From assembly GCF_009834535.1 (NCBI RefSeq), contig NC_045696.1:56544001-56608000 (forward strand): a stretch of DNA of 64,000 bases, written 5' to 3'. A program made the position numbers and the translations under genes. The DNA is from Camelus ferus (Eukaryota). Positions within the stretch are counted from its first letter, which is position 1. Each line of letters begins with the position of its first letter. The notes beneath the pieces are model-generated. The model searched no databases. It was not told where the DNA came from and saw only the letters and a list, made by a program, of their open reading frames with translations. Of this stretch, positions 26,001 to 40,677 are shown piece by piece.

Positions 26001-26756
26001 CTAGAACTAAGAACTGACTTCTTTATTATTTGCATTTTGTTGTACCAAATCTACCCTAAGACAATGACAACTTCAGGTCTAGATCAAATGCAGATTGGTC
26101 AAGGAATAGTAGGAAGTGTGGGGGCGGGCAGGAGAAGATGGCGGGTCATATTATCCACCCTAAATGCCAATGCAGTATTCATGAACTGGGAGATTTAAAT
26201 AGACCCCAGCATTCCCCTGGCCAATGTCAAGGTTTTCCTCTGTGAAAAGGTAAAAGATTTACCCTCACCAAGATTCTGCTATATAATGACATGTCATCTA
26301 CTTGCAACTTGGGTTGGGCTTCACCAATCTAAACACAGCTGGGGATAGGAAGTAACAAACAGTCTCTGAGTCACCAAGACAGGTTTCATAGAAGCCATAT
26401 ACCAAAGAGTTCATTCATAGGCAAGCCCCTGAAACCCTCCAATAAAGCTTATTTGTTTTGTTACATATTCAAACACACTCAAGTTATCAAGTATCTAGGC
26501 TAGACGGGTTGGTAAGTGACAGGAGGATCTGGTTGTATACCGCAAACAGTAATAAAAATTGCTGATAGCATGATAGCAACAGAGGAGTCAGAAGTACAAC
26601 AAAAATCAGGTATAAACATTTAAAACATCAGTGCTGTCTAGGGACATCAGTGTAAAGATAACATGTCTTAAATTTCTCTTTTGTTTCTGTAACCAGAACT
26701 GTAATTGATCAGTGTCTTAGAGCTCAGTGGAAATTCAGAGGAATCTAATCCAAGTA

Positions 26757-27328
26757 TGAAATATGGGATTCATAATTTAATAATATGACATAATACTAAT
26801 AGTATGACATGATTTTTATGCCCTGAGTCTTTTTGGGCATTAGCTTTTGATAACTAAAACTGAAGCTTTTAGATCTCAAAACTCTTTTCTTCTTTGGCAA
26901 AGACTATTATGGTCTGAATTATGTCTCCCCCCAAACTCATATGTTGAAGCCCCAACCTCTAGTATCTTAGATGTAACTGTCTTTGGAGAAAGGGCCTTTA
27001 GAGAGATGATTAGGTTAAAATGAGGCTTATTAGGGTAGGCCCTAATCCAATCTGACTGATGTCCTTATAAGAAGAGGTTAGGACACACAGGAAGAGCCAG
27101 TGATGTGCACACACACAGAAAAGGCCACGTAAGGACATGGAGAGAAGGCAGCCACCTGAAAGCAAGGGAGAGAGGCTTCAAAAGAAACCAAACTTGCCAA
27201 CACCTTGATCTTGGATTTCCAGCTTCCAGAACTGCGAGAAAATAACATCCTGTGGCTTAAGCCATCCAGGCTATGGTACCCTGTTATGGCAGCCCTAGCA
27301 AAGTATAATGAGGATTATTTTGAAACAC
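26757..27328 (+). repeat. Copy B of the ~145-bp local duplication, interrupted by MLT1B
   Basis: atgggattcataatttaataatat...tttttatgccctga...attagcttttgata...aagcttttagatctcaaaac...gcaaagac[LTR]aggattattttgaaa. Confidence 0.85.
26905..27310 (+). mobile_element. MaLR LTR MLT1B-like, full length
   Basis: tattatggtctgaattatgtctccccccaaactcatatgttgaagccc...gttatggcagccctagcaaa; degenerate TSD aagac/aggat. Confidence 0.9.
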
Positions 27329-27499
27329 AAGAAGGCCAAGATCCAAATTCTTTGTTGTCAGCATTCTACTGAAAAAAGTCTGCTTGAGGCTTCATAATTT
27401 AGTCACAGAGCAGTCCAAGGGGTTTTACAAGGTCTCTCAGAAGACACACAATTGAACCTAGTGCTCCCCGTACCCCCTCAAAGAGGCAGCAGCTTTGGG

Positions 27500-27720
27500 G
27501 TAATAGAAAGAACATCAGGCTTCAAGTCCAAATCTAGGCTCTGCCACTTAGAAGATGGGCTGAAGTTTATAATCTCCTTCACTTCTCTGAGCCTCAGTTT
27601 GCTCATTTATAACATGCAGATGAGGTGTGCAAATTAGATGAGATTACATTCAGGTTACAGGTGCAAAACATCTAGCACAGGCCTGGCACATAACAGGCAG
27701 GTAACAAATATAGTTCTATT
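27500..27720 (+). mobile_element. MIR SINE
   Basis: ctctgagcctcagttttgctcatttataac...gcctggcacataacagg. Confidence 0.75.
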
Positions 27721-28599
27721 ATTACTTCTACTTACCACATGATGACCTTAAACCATTGATAAAAGATTAATCTGTGTATGCTATTTTCCACCGAAGAAGG
27801 GGGGGTATGTTATTTTTAAAATAGATTTTTTAGCCTTATGTAATAAGATTCAAATGTCTTGTTGGTTAAAGGGATGAGCATTAGGTATTCAGAATGCTGG
27901 ATTATCCGGAACTATTCTCCAAAGACTGTCAATAGTTGAGATTTCAGTGTGAATACTTTGTGTCTTCTGAACTGTTTTAAATTCCTATTCTCCTTTTTTA
28001 GTATTCCCTCCAAGGACCCCAGTTCTTTAATATATGCCCCATGGCTTCTCAGAACCCCCTCATAACTTTATTTTATACTATATTTCATTCTTTTCTGTAT
28101 TTCCTAAAATGTCTAGAAGGACTGTGTATTAATTTTAAACCAAGACAAAACCATTATAAGATCTACCAAGAGGTCAGGTAAGAGAAGTATACAATAAATT
28201 TGATTATTTGGTCATTGCTGAGCTTAACAGAAGGCATTTAAGTGAGTGATAGTGACAGATGACAGAGTGCATGAGTGGAGGTGTGACTGAAAAGTGAAGA
28301 AGTGAAGATATATGTGGATGAGAGTACGAAAAGGGAGTTGGACTTGGGGAACCCTTTTTTTCAGATGGAAAAAGACTTGGATATATTTTTGGTAAAGAGG
28401 AAGTAGCTCTTGGAGAGAGTGAGATTATAAAAACATATGACAGGAGAGCAAGGCCTGGGGCAAGGGAATTCCTGAGGGAATTTAGAAAGTGCTGGTATAC
28501 CAGATGGTGCAGATAAGTTTCGCCAAGTTCTAAGGTGACTGACTAGTAATGGGACCAAAGGAGAGATGATGAGCAGGGTTCTCTTGAAGGAAAACCATC

Positions 28600-29190
28600 T
28601 AGACCTTTATAATAAGGCAGATGTCATCAAGCCACATTTCTCCTTGACTAGCTGGCTCCCTGTGACACTCTGACAACAGGCGATACTATTGACAATAGGG
28701 GAGACTAGAAGGCTGGAGGAGATTCTTGGAAATTCGCTTTCTCTTCCCATCAGTGTCACCCCAGGAAAGGTTCTTCACCCTGTTGTGACAATGGGTTTTT
28801 GTTTCCATTTTTTCCCACACTTTTGAATCAACCTCAGCGTCCCTTTGGAGATACAAGCCCCAGACACTGGCTCCACTTCTTCAGAGATGAGTTCTGACTT
28901 AGTGGGTCCCTTCTCTGAGCTCCAGAGGCACCAGCACTGACAGGCAGCCTGCACATCTGGGCCCCAGCTCAGCAGGGCCACTCCTCCAAGAGTCTAGATT
29001 CTGACAACCCTGACCTCTTCTCTTTTCCCTTGTCCTAGGGATGGTGGCTGCTTTCTGAATTCTCTGTTACCTCAGTGCTCCTCCCCTGCCTTTCAGTCTC
29101 CAGTACCTGCTTAATCAGTTTTTAAAAAATTCTTTCAGTAAAATATAACTGAGTGGTTTTTGTGTTCTTGATTAAATCCTTACTATAGAG
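28600..29190 (+). mobile_element. Old ERVL LTR (LTR33-like)
   Basis: Degenerate; 3' end aactgagtggtttttgtgttcttgattaaatccttactata. Confidence 0.5.
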
Positions 29191-29194
29191 TCAT

Positions 29195-29416
29195 CATATT
29201 AGTTTGCTAGGGTTGCTGTTGTTAACCACCAAGAACTGGGTGGTTTCAACAACAGACATTTTTTTGTCACACAGATCTGGAAGCTGGAAGTCTGAAGTCA
29301 AGATGTTGGCGGCGTTGGTTCCTTCTGAGGGCCGTAAGGGAAGAATCTGTTCCATGCCTCTATCCTCGGCTTTAAATGGCCATCTTCTCCCTGTCTCTTC
29401 ACACAATCTTCCCTCT
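29195..29416 (-). mobile_element. MaLR LTR (MLT1B/C-like) running into a gap
   Basis: catattagtttgctagggttgctg...ggaagctggaagtctgaagtcaagatgttggc. Confidence 0.8.
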
Positions 29417-29590
29417 NNNNNNNNNNNNNNNNNNNNNNNNNNNNNNNNNNNNNNNNNNNNNNNNNNNNNNNNNNNNNNNNNNNNNNNNNNNNNNNNNNNN
29501 NNNNNNNNNNNNNNNNNNNNNNNNNNNNNNNNNNNNNNNNNNNNNNNNNNNNNNNNNNNNNNNNNNNNNNNNNNNNNNNNNNNNNNNNNN
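29417..29590. other. Assembly gap (174 N)
   Basis: Run of N. Confidence 1.
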
Positions 29591-30419
29591 TGGACAGAAT
29601 TCAACCCATAACAGTTGCCTTCAGTGTAATGAACAGCAATTAGAGAAAACTATGTTGTAAGTTTTCGTTAGCCCACTTTTAGCTCCATGTCCCTGGAAAA
29701 GTAGCTTAATCTCAAAGCCTCAATTTTTATCTTCTACAAACCGGATATAGTAATTCCTACTTCAGAGGTAAAATTAGATAATATAAAGAAATCCCAATTC
29801 TTCTCTCTTCCTTATATTTTCTAGGAGAAGATAAACATATTGCTCCCCTTCCCCCCTGCTCACTCCATTATCCTTATCCTGTTTAGACGGAAAGATGAAG
29901 TTTGGTTGCTTGCAACCAACTTGGAGCCTTGACTGATGGGCCGTACTGACCACTGAAAATTCATACCTCCACCAACAGCTCTCTGCAGTCTTTCAATCTA
30001 ACTTGTCTGTCACCAGTGCCGCCTCCCAGCCTTCCTTTGCTCTGTAACTCATTTCTCTTCTCCCTTTGGTGTGATCTGGGTGTGTCTCTATTAAAGACCC
30101 CAGTTTCCCAAACAAGTTTTAGCCAAGTTTCTGGCAGCTAACCACACCCCTGCCTCTAGTGCGAAAGTGCTTTTCCACACACTACTTTGTTTAGAAATCC
30201 TTGTTCCTGGAAACTAACAAGCTGTGAGTTGCTTAAAATGTAATGCTTACCTATGAGCAGCACAGCTAAATATAGTCATGCAAAATGCAGTAGTTTGAAA
30301 CAGAAGAGCATTGTTTAAACAAGATTTTGAATAGTTTCTTCCATGGAGGGATAGAGTGAGAGGACTTAGTGAAGACTGACTATATAGTATTTTGAAAACA
30401 AAGGGAATTTTTAGAGTGG

Positions 30420-30920
30420 TATGATGGTAAATTTTATCTATCAACTTGACTGGGCCATGGGTACCCAAATATTTGGTCAAGCATTATTCTGGGTGTTTCT
30501 GTGAGGATGTTTTTGGGTGAGATTAGGAATTGAGTCTGTAGACTGATTAAAGAAGACTGCCCTCCCTAATGTAGGTGGGCCTCATCCAATTAGTTGAAGG
30601 CTTGAATAGACCAAAGAGGCTGACCTTCCCTTGCATAAGAGAATTCCTGCTGCCTGACAGCCTTCAAACAGGGGCATCAGCTTTCTCCTGCATTCAGACA
30701 TGAACTAACACATCTTCTTCCTGGGTTTTGAGCTGCTGGTCTTCAGACTGGAGCTGCACCATTGGCTGTCCAGGTCTCCAGCTTTTGGACTTGCCCTGCA
30801 GATCTTGGGACTTGTCAGCTCCCATAATCATGTGAACCAATTCCTTACAATAAATCTCTTTCTATATATATGTACACATCCTATTTGGTTCTGTTTTTCT
30901 GGAGAACATGGACTAATTTA
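30420..30920 (+). mobile_element. ERVL LTR MLT2-like, full length
   Basis: tatgatggtaaattttatctatcaacttgactgggcc...cctcatccaattagttgaagg...aataaatctc...ggagaacatggactaattta. Confidence 0.9.
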
Positions 30921-30939
30921 GGCTGGAAAGAATTTTTGC

Positions 30940-31084
30940 AGTGTTTCTTAAACTTTAATATGTGCAGGAATCACCTGGGAATCCTATTAAAACGCAGATT
31001 CTCAGCCTCGTACTTGAGATTCCGCATTTTTAAAGAGCTTCTAGGTCACATCAAGGCTGCTAGTCTACAGAACACACTCTGAGT
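30940..31084. mobile_element. MER5-like hAT MITE
   Basis: cagtgtttcttaaacttt...gaatcacctggga...ttaaaacgcagattc...gcatttttaaa. Confidence 0.7.
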
Positions 31085-31099
31085 GGGAATGGTCTAATT

Positions 31100-31303
31100 C
31101 AGTGTTTCTCAACCTTGGCACTGCTGCAATGCTGGGCTGAGATAATTAGTTGCTTTAGGAGACTATGCTTTGCATTGTAGGATGTTTGGTTTGCCTGATA
31201 GATGCCGTTGGCATACTCTCTCACCCCTCTGCCCCCACCAGTTGTGACAACTAAAAATGTCTCCAGATATTGTCAAATATCTCCTGAGGGGCGAAATTAC
31301 CAC
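31100..31303 (+). mobile_element. MER20 hAT MITE
   Basis: cagtgtttctcaaccttggcact...gcattgtaggatgttt...agttgtgacaactaaaaatgtctccagatattgtcaaat. Confidence 0.85.
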
Positions 31304-32608
31304 TACTACCACCACCACCCACCGTGTGGGTCTAAATCAACTTTCTCATTTTATTGGAAACTGAAGTTCTGTTACAATGTCCACATCTTCTAGGCTCTCA
31401 GAACCTCCAGATAATTGAAAACTGACAGATTGGAAAATGATGACTGCCCCAAACAGAAGAAAGCTGGGACTACTGAGGGCCAGGGATGAAAGTAAGGGTA
31501 GGTATCTCAGTCACAGCATCCAGAGAAACTGGGGGAATTCACACACCTGGCTAAGGTCATACCAAGAAAACAAGGGAAAGTCTCTAGGAACCCATGCACC
31601 ACCATAACTTTCATCTGTATAACTTTCCCTGGTATTTCAGGTCGTATCTTAAAGATACTTCTTCAGGAATCCTTCTTTAACCTCCAAGCCTGAGTTAGAT
31701 TCTCCCTTTTAAAGTACCATTTAATAGTCTGCCACACGTAATCCTTCTAGGCCTATGTTGTGGTAGTTAAACAATACTCCATGTCCTCAGGCTAAATGTG
31801 ACTGATGTAAAAACAGTGCCACAGCCCATGAGTAGAGTCTATTTATTATTATATAGCCTCTGGATGGGCAAAAACATGGCATTTGTGGCAGAGTGAGAAA
31901 TTATACATTGAATCTTGATGTTAAGGGGAAAGAATAAACAAAACAAAACAGAAATTACAACTGATGCAGGTAATTAAACTACAGTTTCAGGGTAACATGC
32001 CCAAAGGCCTGAGTTCCTATATCCTGACAGGGGCCCACCTCCCAACTGCCATCCTAGATTGGCCATTGTCACCAACAGAAAACGTGTGTCAGGAAAGACT
32101 GGAGGAGATTCAAGAACTTGTGCTTATTAAGCATCTCTAGTTGGTGTCTCTTATCCTTTTGCTGACAGTTGAGCCTACAACAGTAGAGTGAAATTTGCAT
32201 ACAATCTATATTTGGATGTCAGCTCTCACCAATTCTAAAACCCAGTCTTCTGTTGGATTTATGATCACTTCTCACTCAATCATTACAATTGCCTATTTGG
32301 CTGCTTAGACATTTCCAACAAACCAGAATTTTTAAGGTGGCAGAGAGTCTATCTTCTTTGCCCCATGTTTTCATCATGAGTATAGTGCCTATCATGTAGC
32401 AAGTGTATTCATGTTTGTTGAATGAGAATAAAGACGAGTTTTGGCATGTGGAGTTTGAGGAGACTTTGGGACCTCCAGGTAAAGATACCTGCTAAGGTAA
32501 TCTTTGTGGCTGTGTAAGGTAGGAAGCTCAGGAGGTTGTTCAGGGCTGTAGTTAGGGAAGGTGGTTGATGCCATGGACCGGAATGAGGTCATGAAGTCAA
32601 AGTTTCTA

Positions 32609-32832
32609 GAGAGGGGCATTGTCAACTTTTGTGGCTGGTTAATTCTTTGCTGCTGGTTAATTCTTTGTTGCAGGGGCTGCCCTGGTGCATTGTAGGGGAT
32701 TTAGCAGCTTCTCTAAACTCTACTCACTTGATGCCAGTAGCACCTCCCAAGTTGTGACAACCTTTAAAAATGTCCCCAGACTTTGTCAGACGTTGCCTAG
32801 AGAGCAAAATTATTCCCAGTTGAGAACCACTG
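32609..32832 (+). mobile_element. MER20 hAT MITE
   Basis: gcattgtaggggatttagcagc...gatgccagtagcacc...gttgtgacaacc...gttgagaaccactg. Confidence 0.88.
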
Positions 32833-33879
32833 GTTTAGAGTAACAAGAAACATTGGAAGGGCAGCATGTAATGTGTGCACATCAGCAAAGGCTTGCCTCT
32901 GTGAAGTGTAGTGAGGGGTTCTTCCTCATGGCCTCATGACCTCATCTACCCTCCATCCTCTTCCTGCAACCCAGACACTCAGTTTGGTTTTAGAAGTAGC
33001 AATGTGGCCTTGACAGAAGTAATTATGTCTATGCTGCTTAATTAAAAAAAAAAAAAAAGTGGGAGAGAGTCATACTCTCAGTTCTGTAAAGCTGAGTCTC
33101 TTTCCCTTGCCAAATTCCATGTGAGAAAAGTGTCTCCTTCCTGAGTGGGAGCCCCTCCCTGAGGTGATTCACAGCTCCTCTAAACTTCTGGGGCCCTGGA
33201 TAGGAAATGAAACCCTTGAGAGAAGATAGATGGCCTGGGGTGGGGTGATTCTGAGGAAGTAGTTGGAGCAGGTGCCAAGTAAGATATTTCTTCTGAGGTT
33301 CCACACATCAACCCTTTCCTTTTACACTTGGAAAATATATGCTGAGCTAACCACACAACAGTAACCTCAGTCAGGCAGTGAGTGCTGTTTCTCTAGATGG
33401 ATTTAATCATTAGAATGCTGCACATAAGCTGAAGTCTCAAAATGAATTCACTCTGCTTTCCAAACTATAGGAACGTGAGAAATAAAGCCACAGGGGGAAC
33501 TCGGAGTGGGTGAGTGTACGCCATGCCATTACAATGCTGGGAGGATGCCTGGAGGGCTTCCCTTCAGGGTCTAGGCTGGCAGCAGGAAGGGCTGGTTTTC
33601 CTCTCTATCCTCCCTTCCTATATTTCCCAGGACATTTGCCATGTTTAAAAAAAAAAATCTCATTTAGATTTTGGTAGACAAAAAAAAAAAAAATCAAACT
33701 AGTCTAAGAAATCATCGACTCTTCTCTGTTTAGGGTAGTAAGCATCTCATTTTCACTATGCTCATGATGAAATTATGCTTCATTATAACATGAAAGGGAT
33801 CACAATTTGGAAGCAGGAAACATGCAAGGGGCCAGCGGTTTCTGTCAGAAGAGCAGCATCATGAAGGCAGGTAAATGGA

Positions 33880-34260
33880 CACTTGACCCTCTCAACATTC
33901 AACATTTGTGGGGTCTCTACCATGTTCAATGCTCTGTGCTAGGCACAGGAGCTGTAGGTGAAAGAGACACAGTTTGGAACCATAGGTTGGTGGAGGGAGA
34001 CAAGAAAATCAATGACTAAGCCAGGGTGATAAGCTTAATGACAAGTAAGGGGTGCTGTGGGTACATACACATAAGGGTGCTCCACATGACACTTCGGGAA
34101 AGGGTCCCAGAGGAGGTATCATGTGACAGGTGGGATTATCCAGGTGAAGGATATGGGCATACACGTGTCTAGTTGTCACACTGTGATTCCAAGGCCAGTC
34201 GGAACATTCCTCCAGAGCCAGAAGGAAGTGTGCTGAGTTAATACATGTATAGGATGTGGC
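33880..34260 (-). mobile_element. L2 LINE 3' end
   Basis: caacattcaacattt...ctgtgctaggcacagg...gagacacagt.... Confidence 0.65.
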
Positions 34261-35067
34261 AGTATGACCCATTTCTGTTAAAAAAAGAAAGTGTCTTCCT
34301 GCCAAAAGAGGGGAAGGAATCCATAAGTAATTGATGCTGATTAGAGGTCAGCAACAACCTAGCTAGAGAATCTGTCAGCCGTCAGGAATGAAGCGGATAG
34401 TGCCTGCTTACAGTGTCACAGTGAACCCCCACTCCGTGCCACTTGTCAAACTCTCTTCTCCAGCTGGCCAAGCCCATGACTTCACTGGGCCTTAAGAGAT
34501 CCCAGCTCTGCCCTCTGAGCCTCACCCTGCAGCTACCTTCCCTGTGGCACTTCTGCTCCCTCACACCCACTGCCGTTAGCTTCCCACTCCTAAGATCCCT
34601 TCCACCCACCACGCGGGACTCTTAATAGAATTCCATCAGATTTCAGAGCCAGAGGGAGCTTCCAAAGCATATTATCCAACTTTTTCATTTAACAGCTGAG
34701 GAAACAACATTTACGGCTGAGAGCTTTTGGAGGAAGAAGCCATTACTGTGATGTGGGCTGAGTAACAGAGAAAGCCTGACTGCCGCAAGAGAGGCCACGA
34801 AGGAGAGAGATGCTCAGAAAGGAGCAGAGATGAGAGACTGTAAAAGCGGGTTTCAGGTAGCCTGGTTCCATCTGTTCTTGAGGTCCAGCTGCACTTCTGC
34901 CTTCAGGCTCCATGAGACTCCTCTGGACCCTAATTACAAATTCTCTTTTCTGCTTGAGGTTGCTAAAGTCAGTTCTGTTACTTCACACACATAATGAATC
35001 AGAATTTAGTCATGTAAAGTCATTTGTAGGAGCAAGGGTGACTCTCAAGCTGAAGCTGTAAGCACTG

Positions 35068-35563
35068 GTTTGTTAGATTCTTGTGGCTGCTGCAAAAAGT
35101 TACCACAAACTTGGTTTAAAAATCAGAAATTAATTTTCCTACAGTTCAGGAGGTCAAAAGTCCAAAATCAGTAACACTGGACTAAAATCAAGGTGTCAGT
35201 AGGGCCAGGCTCACTCCTGGGCTGTACTCCTTCCAGACACTCTAGGAGAGAATCTGTGTCCTACATCTTCCAGCTTCTAGTGGCTGTCAGTTCCTTGACT
35301 TGTGGCCACATCAGTCACTTCAATCTCTGCCTCTGGGGTCGTGTTGCCTTCCCATTTTTTGTCTGTGCATCAAATCTCCCTACTTTTATAGAGACACCCT
35401 GATTGCATTTAGGCCCAGCCAGAAAATCCGAGACACTCTTCACCTAAAGATATTTAATGTAATCACATCTGCAAAGACCCCTTTTGCCATATAAGGTAAC
35501 ATTTACAGATTTCAGGGATTAGGATGTGGATGTTTTTCAGGGGACCATTATATAGCTTACCAT
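35068..35563 (-). mobile_element. MaLR LTR (MLT1D/E-like)
   Basis: aaaaagttaccacaaacttgg...aatcacatctgcaaagacccc...ataaggtaacatttacag. Confidence 0.85.
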
Positions 35564-36623
35564 ATTTGGGATATTTAAAAAAGAAAATGCCGATTAAAAA
35601 TGATGTTAGCTGGCAATGGAATGACAAAGAGTGTTTTTCAGCACCGGGTGGAAAAGGCATCCAACCACAAAGAACACAGGATGTGACCCAAGGTTGCATA
35701 TCCCCTTGGAGGAGATGATGCCTTGTGTTATTTTGGTCTAGATTTTCACAAGCCACTATGCTCACTCAGCTAGCATCCCTTGTTCTGATTTCAAGGATCT
35801 TTCTGATAATTTGGCTGCTTATGTAGATTAACCTACAGTGACAGAATATGCTGATCTGTACACCGAAATATCTAGTTTATTGGATCATTATATTTCTCAA
35901 TGTAAATGTAAAAGTCAGAGTTCTGGTTTTTTGCTCATTAGTTTCCATGAGTTTGGGTAACACATATCATCAGGCTCTGAGATGAGAGCTGCCCATTTTA
36001 CAAGCTCGGAAATATAATATGTCAGCATACTAATGGTTAATCCATTTCTGAAGGACAGTCAAACTGAGTTGTAATCTCTTGGTCCTAATTCCAAATTCCT
36101 AAGGAAGGAGTATAATTAGCCAATTATAGCCAATCAAGTCAATTTCCTGTCGTGGAACAATCAGCTGTGGCTAGGGAATGAGGTCCCTTTGAACGCAGTG
36201 CTTTTATTTTATACTCATTTGGGAGGAATAGTGCAGTTTCCTCAGAAGTCGCAGAATACGGCAAACAAAGGGCACAACAGTCCACTACAGTCTGTGCTAT
36301 ACTTTAACTCTCAGAAGGCATTCTATTTCCAAATGTGCCCCATACCAGCTATTAAATCTTCTTCATGACTGTGTAGGGGAAAACTACATTCATTCATTCA
36401 TACATTCATTCATGGGAAAACTACATTTTCTCCTTCCTCCAATGTATTCTTCTCACTTCTACCATATTAATCTCTATAAAATATCTTAGACTTATAATCT
36501 GATGACTATTACACATATGCTGTCTCTGTGTTTTAGCCTTATCTATGTTACCTCCTGTATTTTTATTACTTAATATTTTAAAAAAATCAACTCACTCTGT
36601 AACACATTAATTTAAAAAAATAA

Positions 36624-38373
<1,750 letters not shown>

Positions 38374-38679
38374 AAAAAAAATAAATTCTCTCTACCATAC
38401 TCTACCAAACTCTCACTTTCCTTAAGTAGAAAATAATCATACAAATAAATATAGCAGGATGTTAGAATTGGTTTCTAACCACAGTTTTTGACTGAGGTTC
38501 CAATGCCATATACAATATATAATGCATTAGAAAGTTAGTGTAAGATGGACTCCTCAAATGCAAAGGTTTTTTTGGTGGGGAGTGCCACCTCATATGCAAG
38601 TTTACCCAGGAAATTGTGGATAATTGGTTCCATAATTTTTGTACCCTTCAGCCAAATAAATGATATTTCAAATGAATCA

Positions 38680-39533
38680 GAGTGTGGAGGGAGAGGAGGA
38701 TTTGTGAAGGATCTCTTAGGAGGGATCTGGTGCTATATCAGAGACTCAGGGAAGGGAGTACTTCCTTCTCTTCAGACCCAGAGTGACGAGCTTCCCTGGG
38801 ACCACACAGAGTGCTACGGAGTGCGTTCCCTGCAGTTAGGGGATATAGAGCAATTGCAACCAAATCCCACCTAAGAAAAGGCAGAAGTGGTTATGTTAGG
38901 AGTGGGCTGCATTCTTAGTGTTTTGGGGACAAGGAAAGTGTGACTGTTTCCCATGGACCAGATGTGGCCAACTTGGGAGAAAGAGAAGTTGGGTTACCTA
39001 GGGTCCTTGCAATTAAGTGACCTGGAGGAACTCCGGCAAGAAGAAGTTGGAGTGAAATGCTGGCGTTTTAGGGGCTGTGAAAGGACTAGAAATACTTGAG
39101 TTAAGTGCCCTGCCAGAGGGAGTGATAGAAATCTTTGTGGAAGTGCACAGGCGAGAACTCAGGTGTGACCTACTTAGCCAACAGAGCGCTTAGCCACTAG
39201 CCAGAAAATACTGTCATATCTCCTTTACCTCTCCTCTCCCTGACCTCCTCTTTTCTAATTTGGGAAGAAGTAAAACAGCAGCTAACAAGTGAAGGGGGAA
39301 GTGAGTGGAGGGAGCAGACGCCAACCACACTCCCTTCCTGGAAGGCAGGCAGCTGTCAAGTAAAAGCCTTGCCCAGGGGAGGGAGAGGAGGTTGGTTGGC
39401 TAATATCCAGGACTTGACATTCAAATTACCAAATTAAGACTGAGTTAGAACATAAAAGACTGTAAGGCTGTCTTTTTCCTAAGAGTTAGTGAAAAAAAGA
39501 CATTGGGCCTGCTGAAATATTATCCAGTGTTAG

Positions 39534-39564
<31 letters not shown>

Positions 39565-39660
39565 CCCACTGGATCAAGTTTAAAGGAGACCTGGGAAACA
39601 AAATATCAAGCTGGACTTTGTGTCACAGTCATACTTGTTCAACACGCTACTGACATACAC
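38680..39660. mobile_element. Possible ancient LTR (Gypsy-like mammalian LTR families)
   Basis: Overall LTR-like composition only; family not recognised. Confidence 0.3.
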
Positions 39661-39785
39661 ACTGTGAAAACAAAAATTACACTTAAAAAAAATGAAGTTA
39701 AAAAACAATCACAATCAAATAGTAAATATAATTTAAATGCATTCAGAAAAGAGCTGCTTAATTTAAATATGTGAAAATACTCTGT

Positions 39786-40083
39786 GGTCCAGGTTCAAGA
39801 CTGGCCACTTGGTGACATGTTGCCACTAAGCTTAGATGCTTCCTGGGTTCAGAGTGCGTGGTGTGATATGGTTGGGATGCCTTGACATCCCACCCCCAGT
39901 CTGGAGGCAATCTCAGTGTGGGAACGATAGCCTACCAAGACCACTGTGGGAGAGACAATAAGATCAGTCATTCTTGCTAAATGTCATGGTGAAATGTTTA
40001 GTACTCAAAGGTCTGGAAAATTCATGGCAAAGTCTGTTAATCTAGGTGGTCTGTGTAACTGTGTTTCTACCTGCTGTGCCCAG
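39786..40083 (+). mobile_element. Ancient MamSINE1-like element
   Basis: ccaggttcaagactggccacttggtgacatgttgccactaagcttag...gatatggttgggatgcc...catggcaaagtctgttaatctaggtggtct matches my recollection of the MamSINE1 consensus. Confidence 0.65.
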
Positions 40084-40677
40084 TGTATTTTTTCCCCCCT
40101 AATAACATTAAATTCTTAAGTATAAAGCGAAAAAAAAAAAAGTTCAGTGGTATGCCTCTTGAAATCATCTTGCATACCAAACTCTTCCAGACTCCTCAGG
40201 CCCCATCATACCTAGCTGACTCTGTCTCTCACTGGACCCAGCCTGGCCCATCTGTGCAAAGTCCATTTTTACTGTTTTCCTTTGGTTTCCAGAATTCCTC
40301 TATTTCTCCTTTCAGTTCTGTTGGTTTTTGCAGTGCTGTTGTTTGGTGGAAACATATTTAAGATTGATGAATTGGCTATTATTCTGTAATGTGTCTGTCT
40401 CTGGCAAGTTTCTTTGCTCTGATGTCTACTTTATTTGTTCCTAATATTCCTGATTTCCTTTGATTAATGTTTGCATGGTATATCTTTCTCCATACCTTTA
40501 CTTTCAACTGGCCTATATCATCATATTTGCAATGAGTCTCTTATAGACAGCATATAAATTGGGTCATGTTTTTAAATCTAACCTGCCAATCTCTGTCTTC
40601 TGATTGGTGTATTTAGACCATTTGCATTTAATGTAATTATTAATATGTTAGGGCCTTAATCTTCCATTTAATTTTTT

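Noticed and set aside
29194-29660. Long ORFs spanning N runs (also 11066-11284)
   Set aside because: Artefacts of translating gaps as X.
39536-39556. A21 tract (also A-runs near 33045, 33680 and 40131) as possible SINE tails
   Set aside because: No SINE body or TSD adjacent; consistent with slippage-expanded homopolymers.
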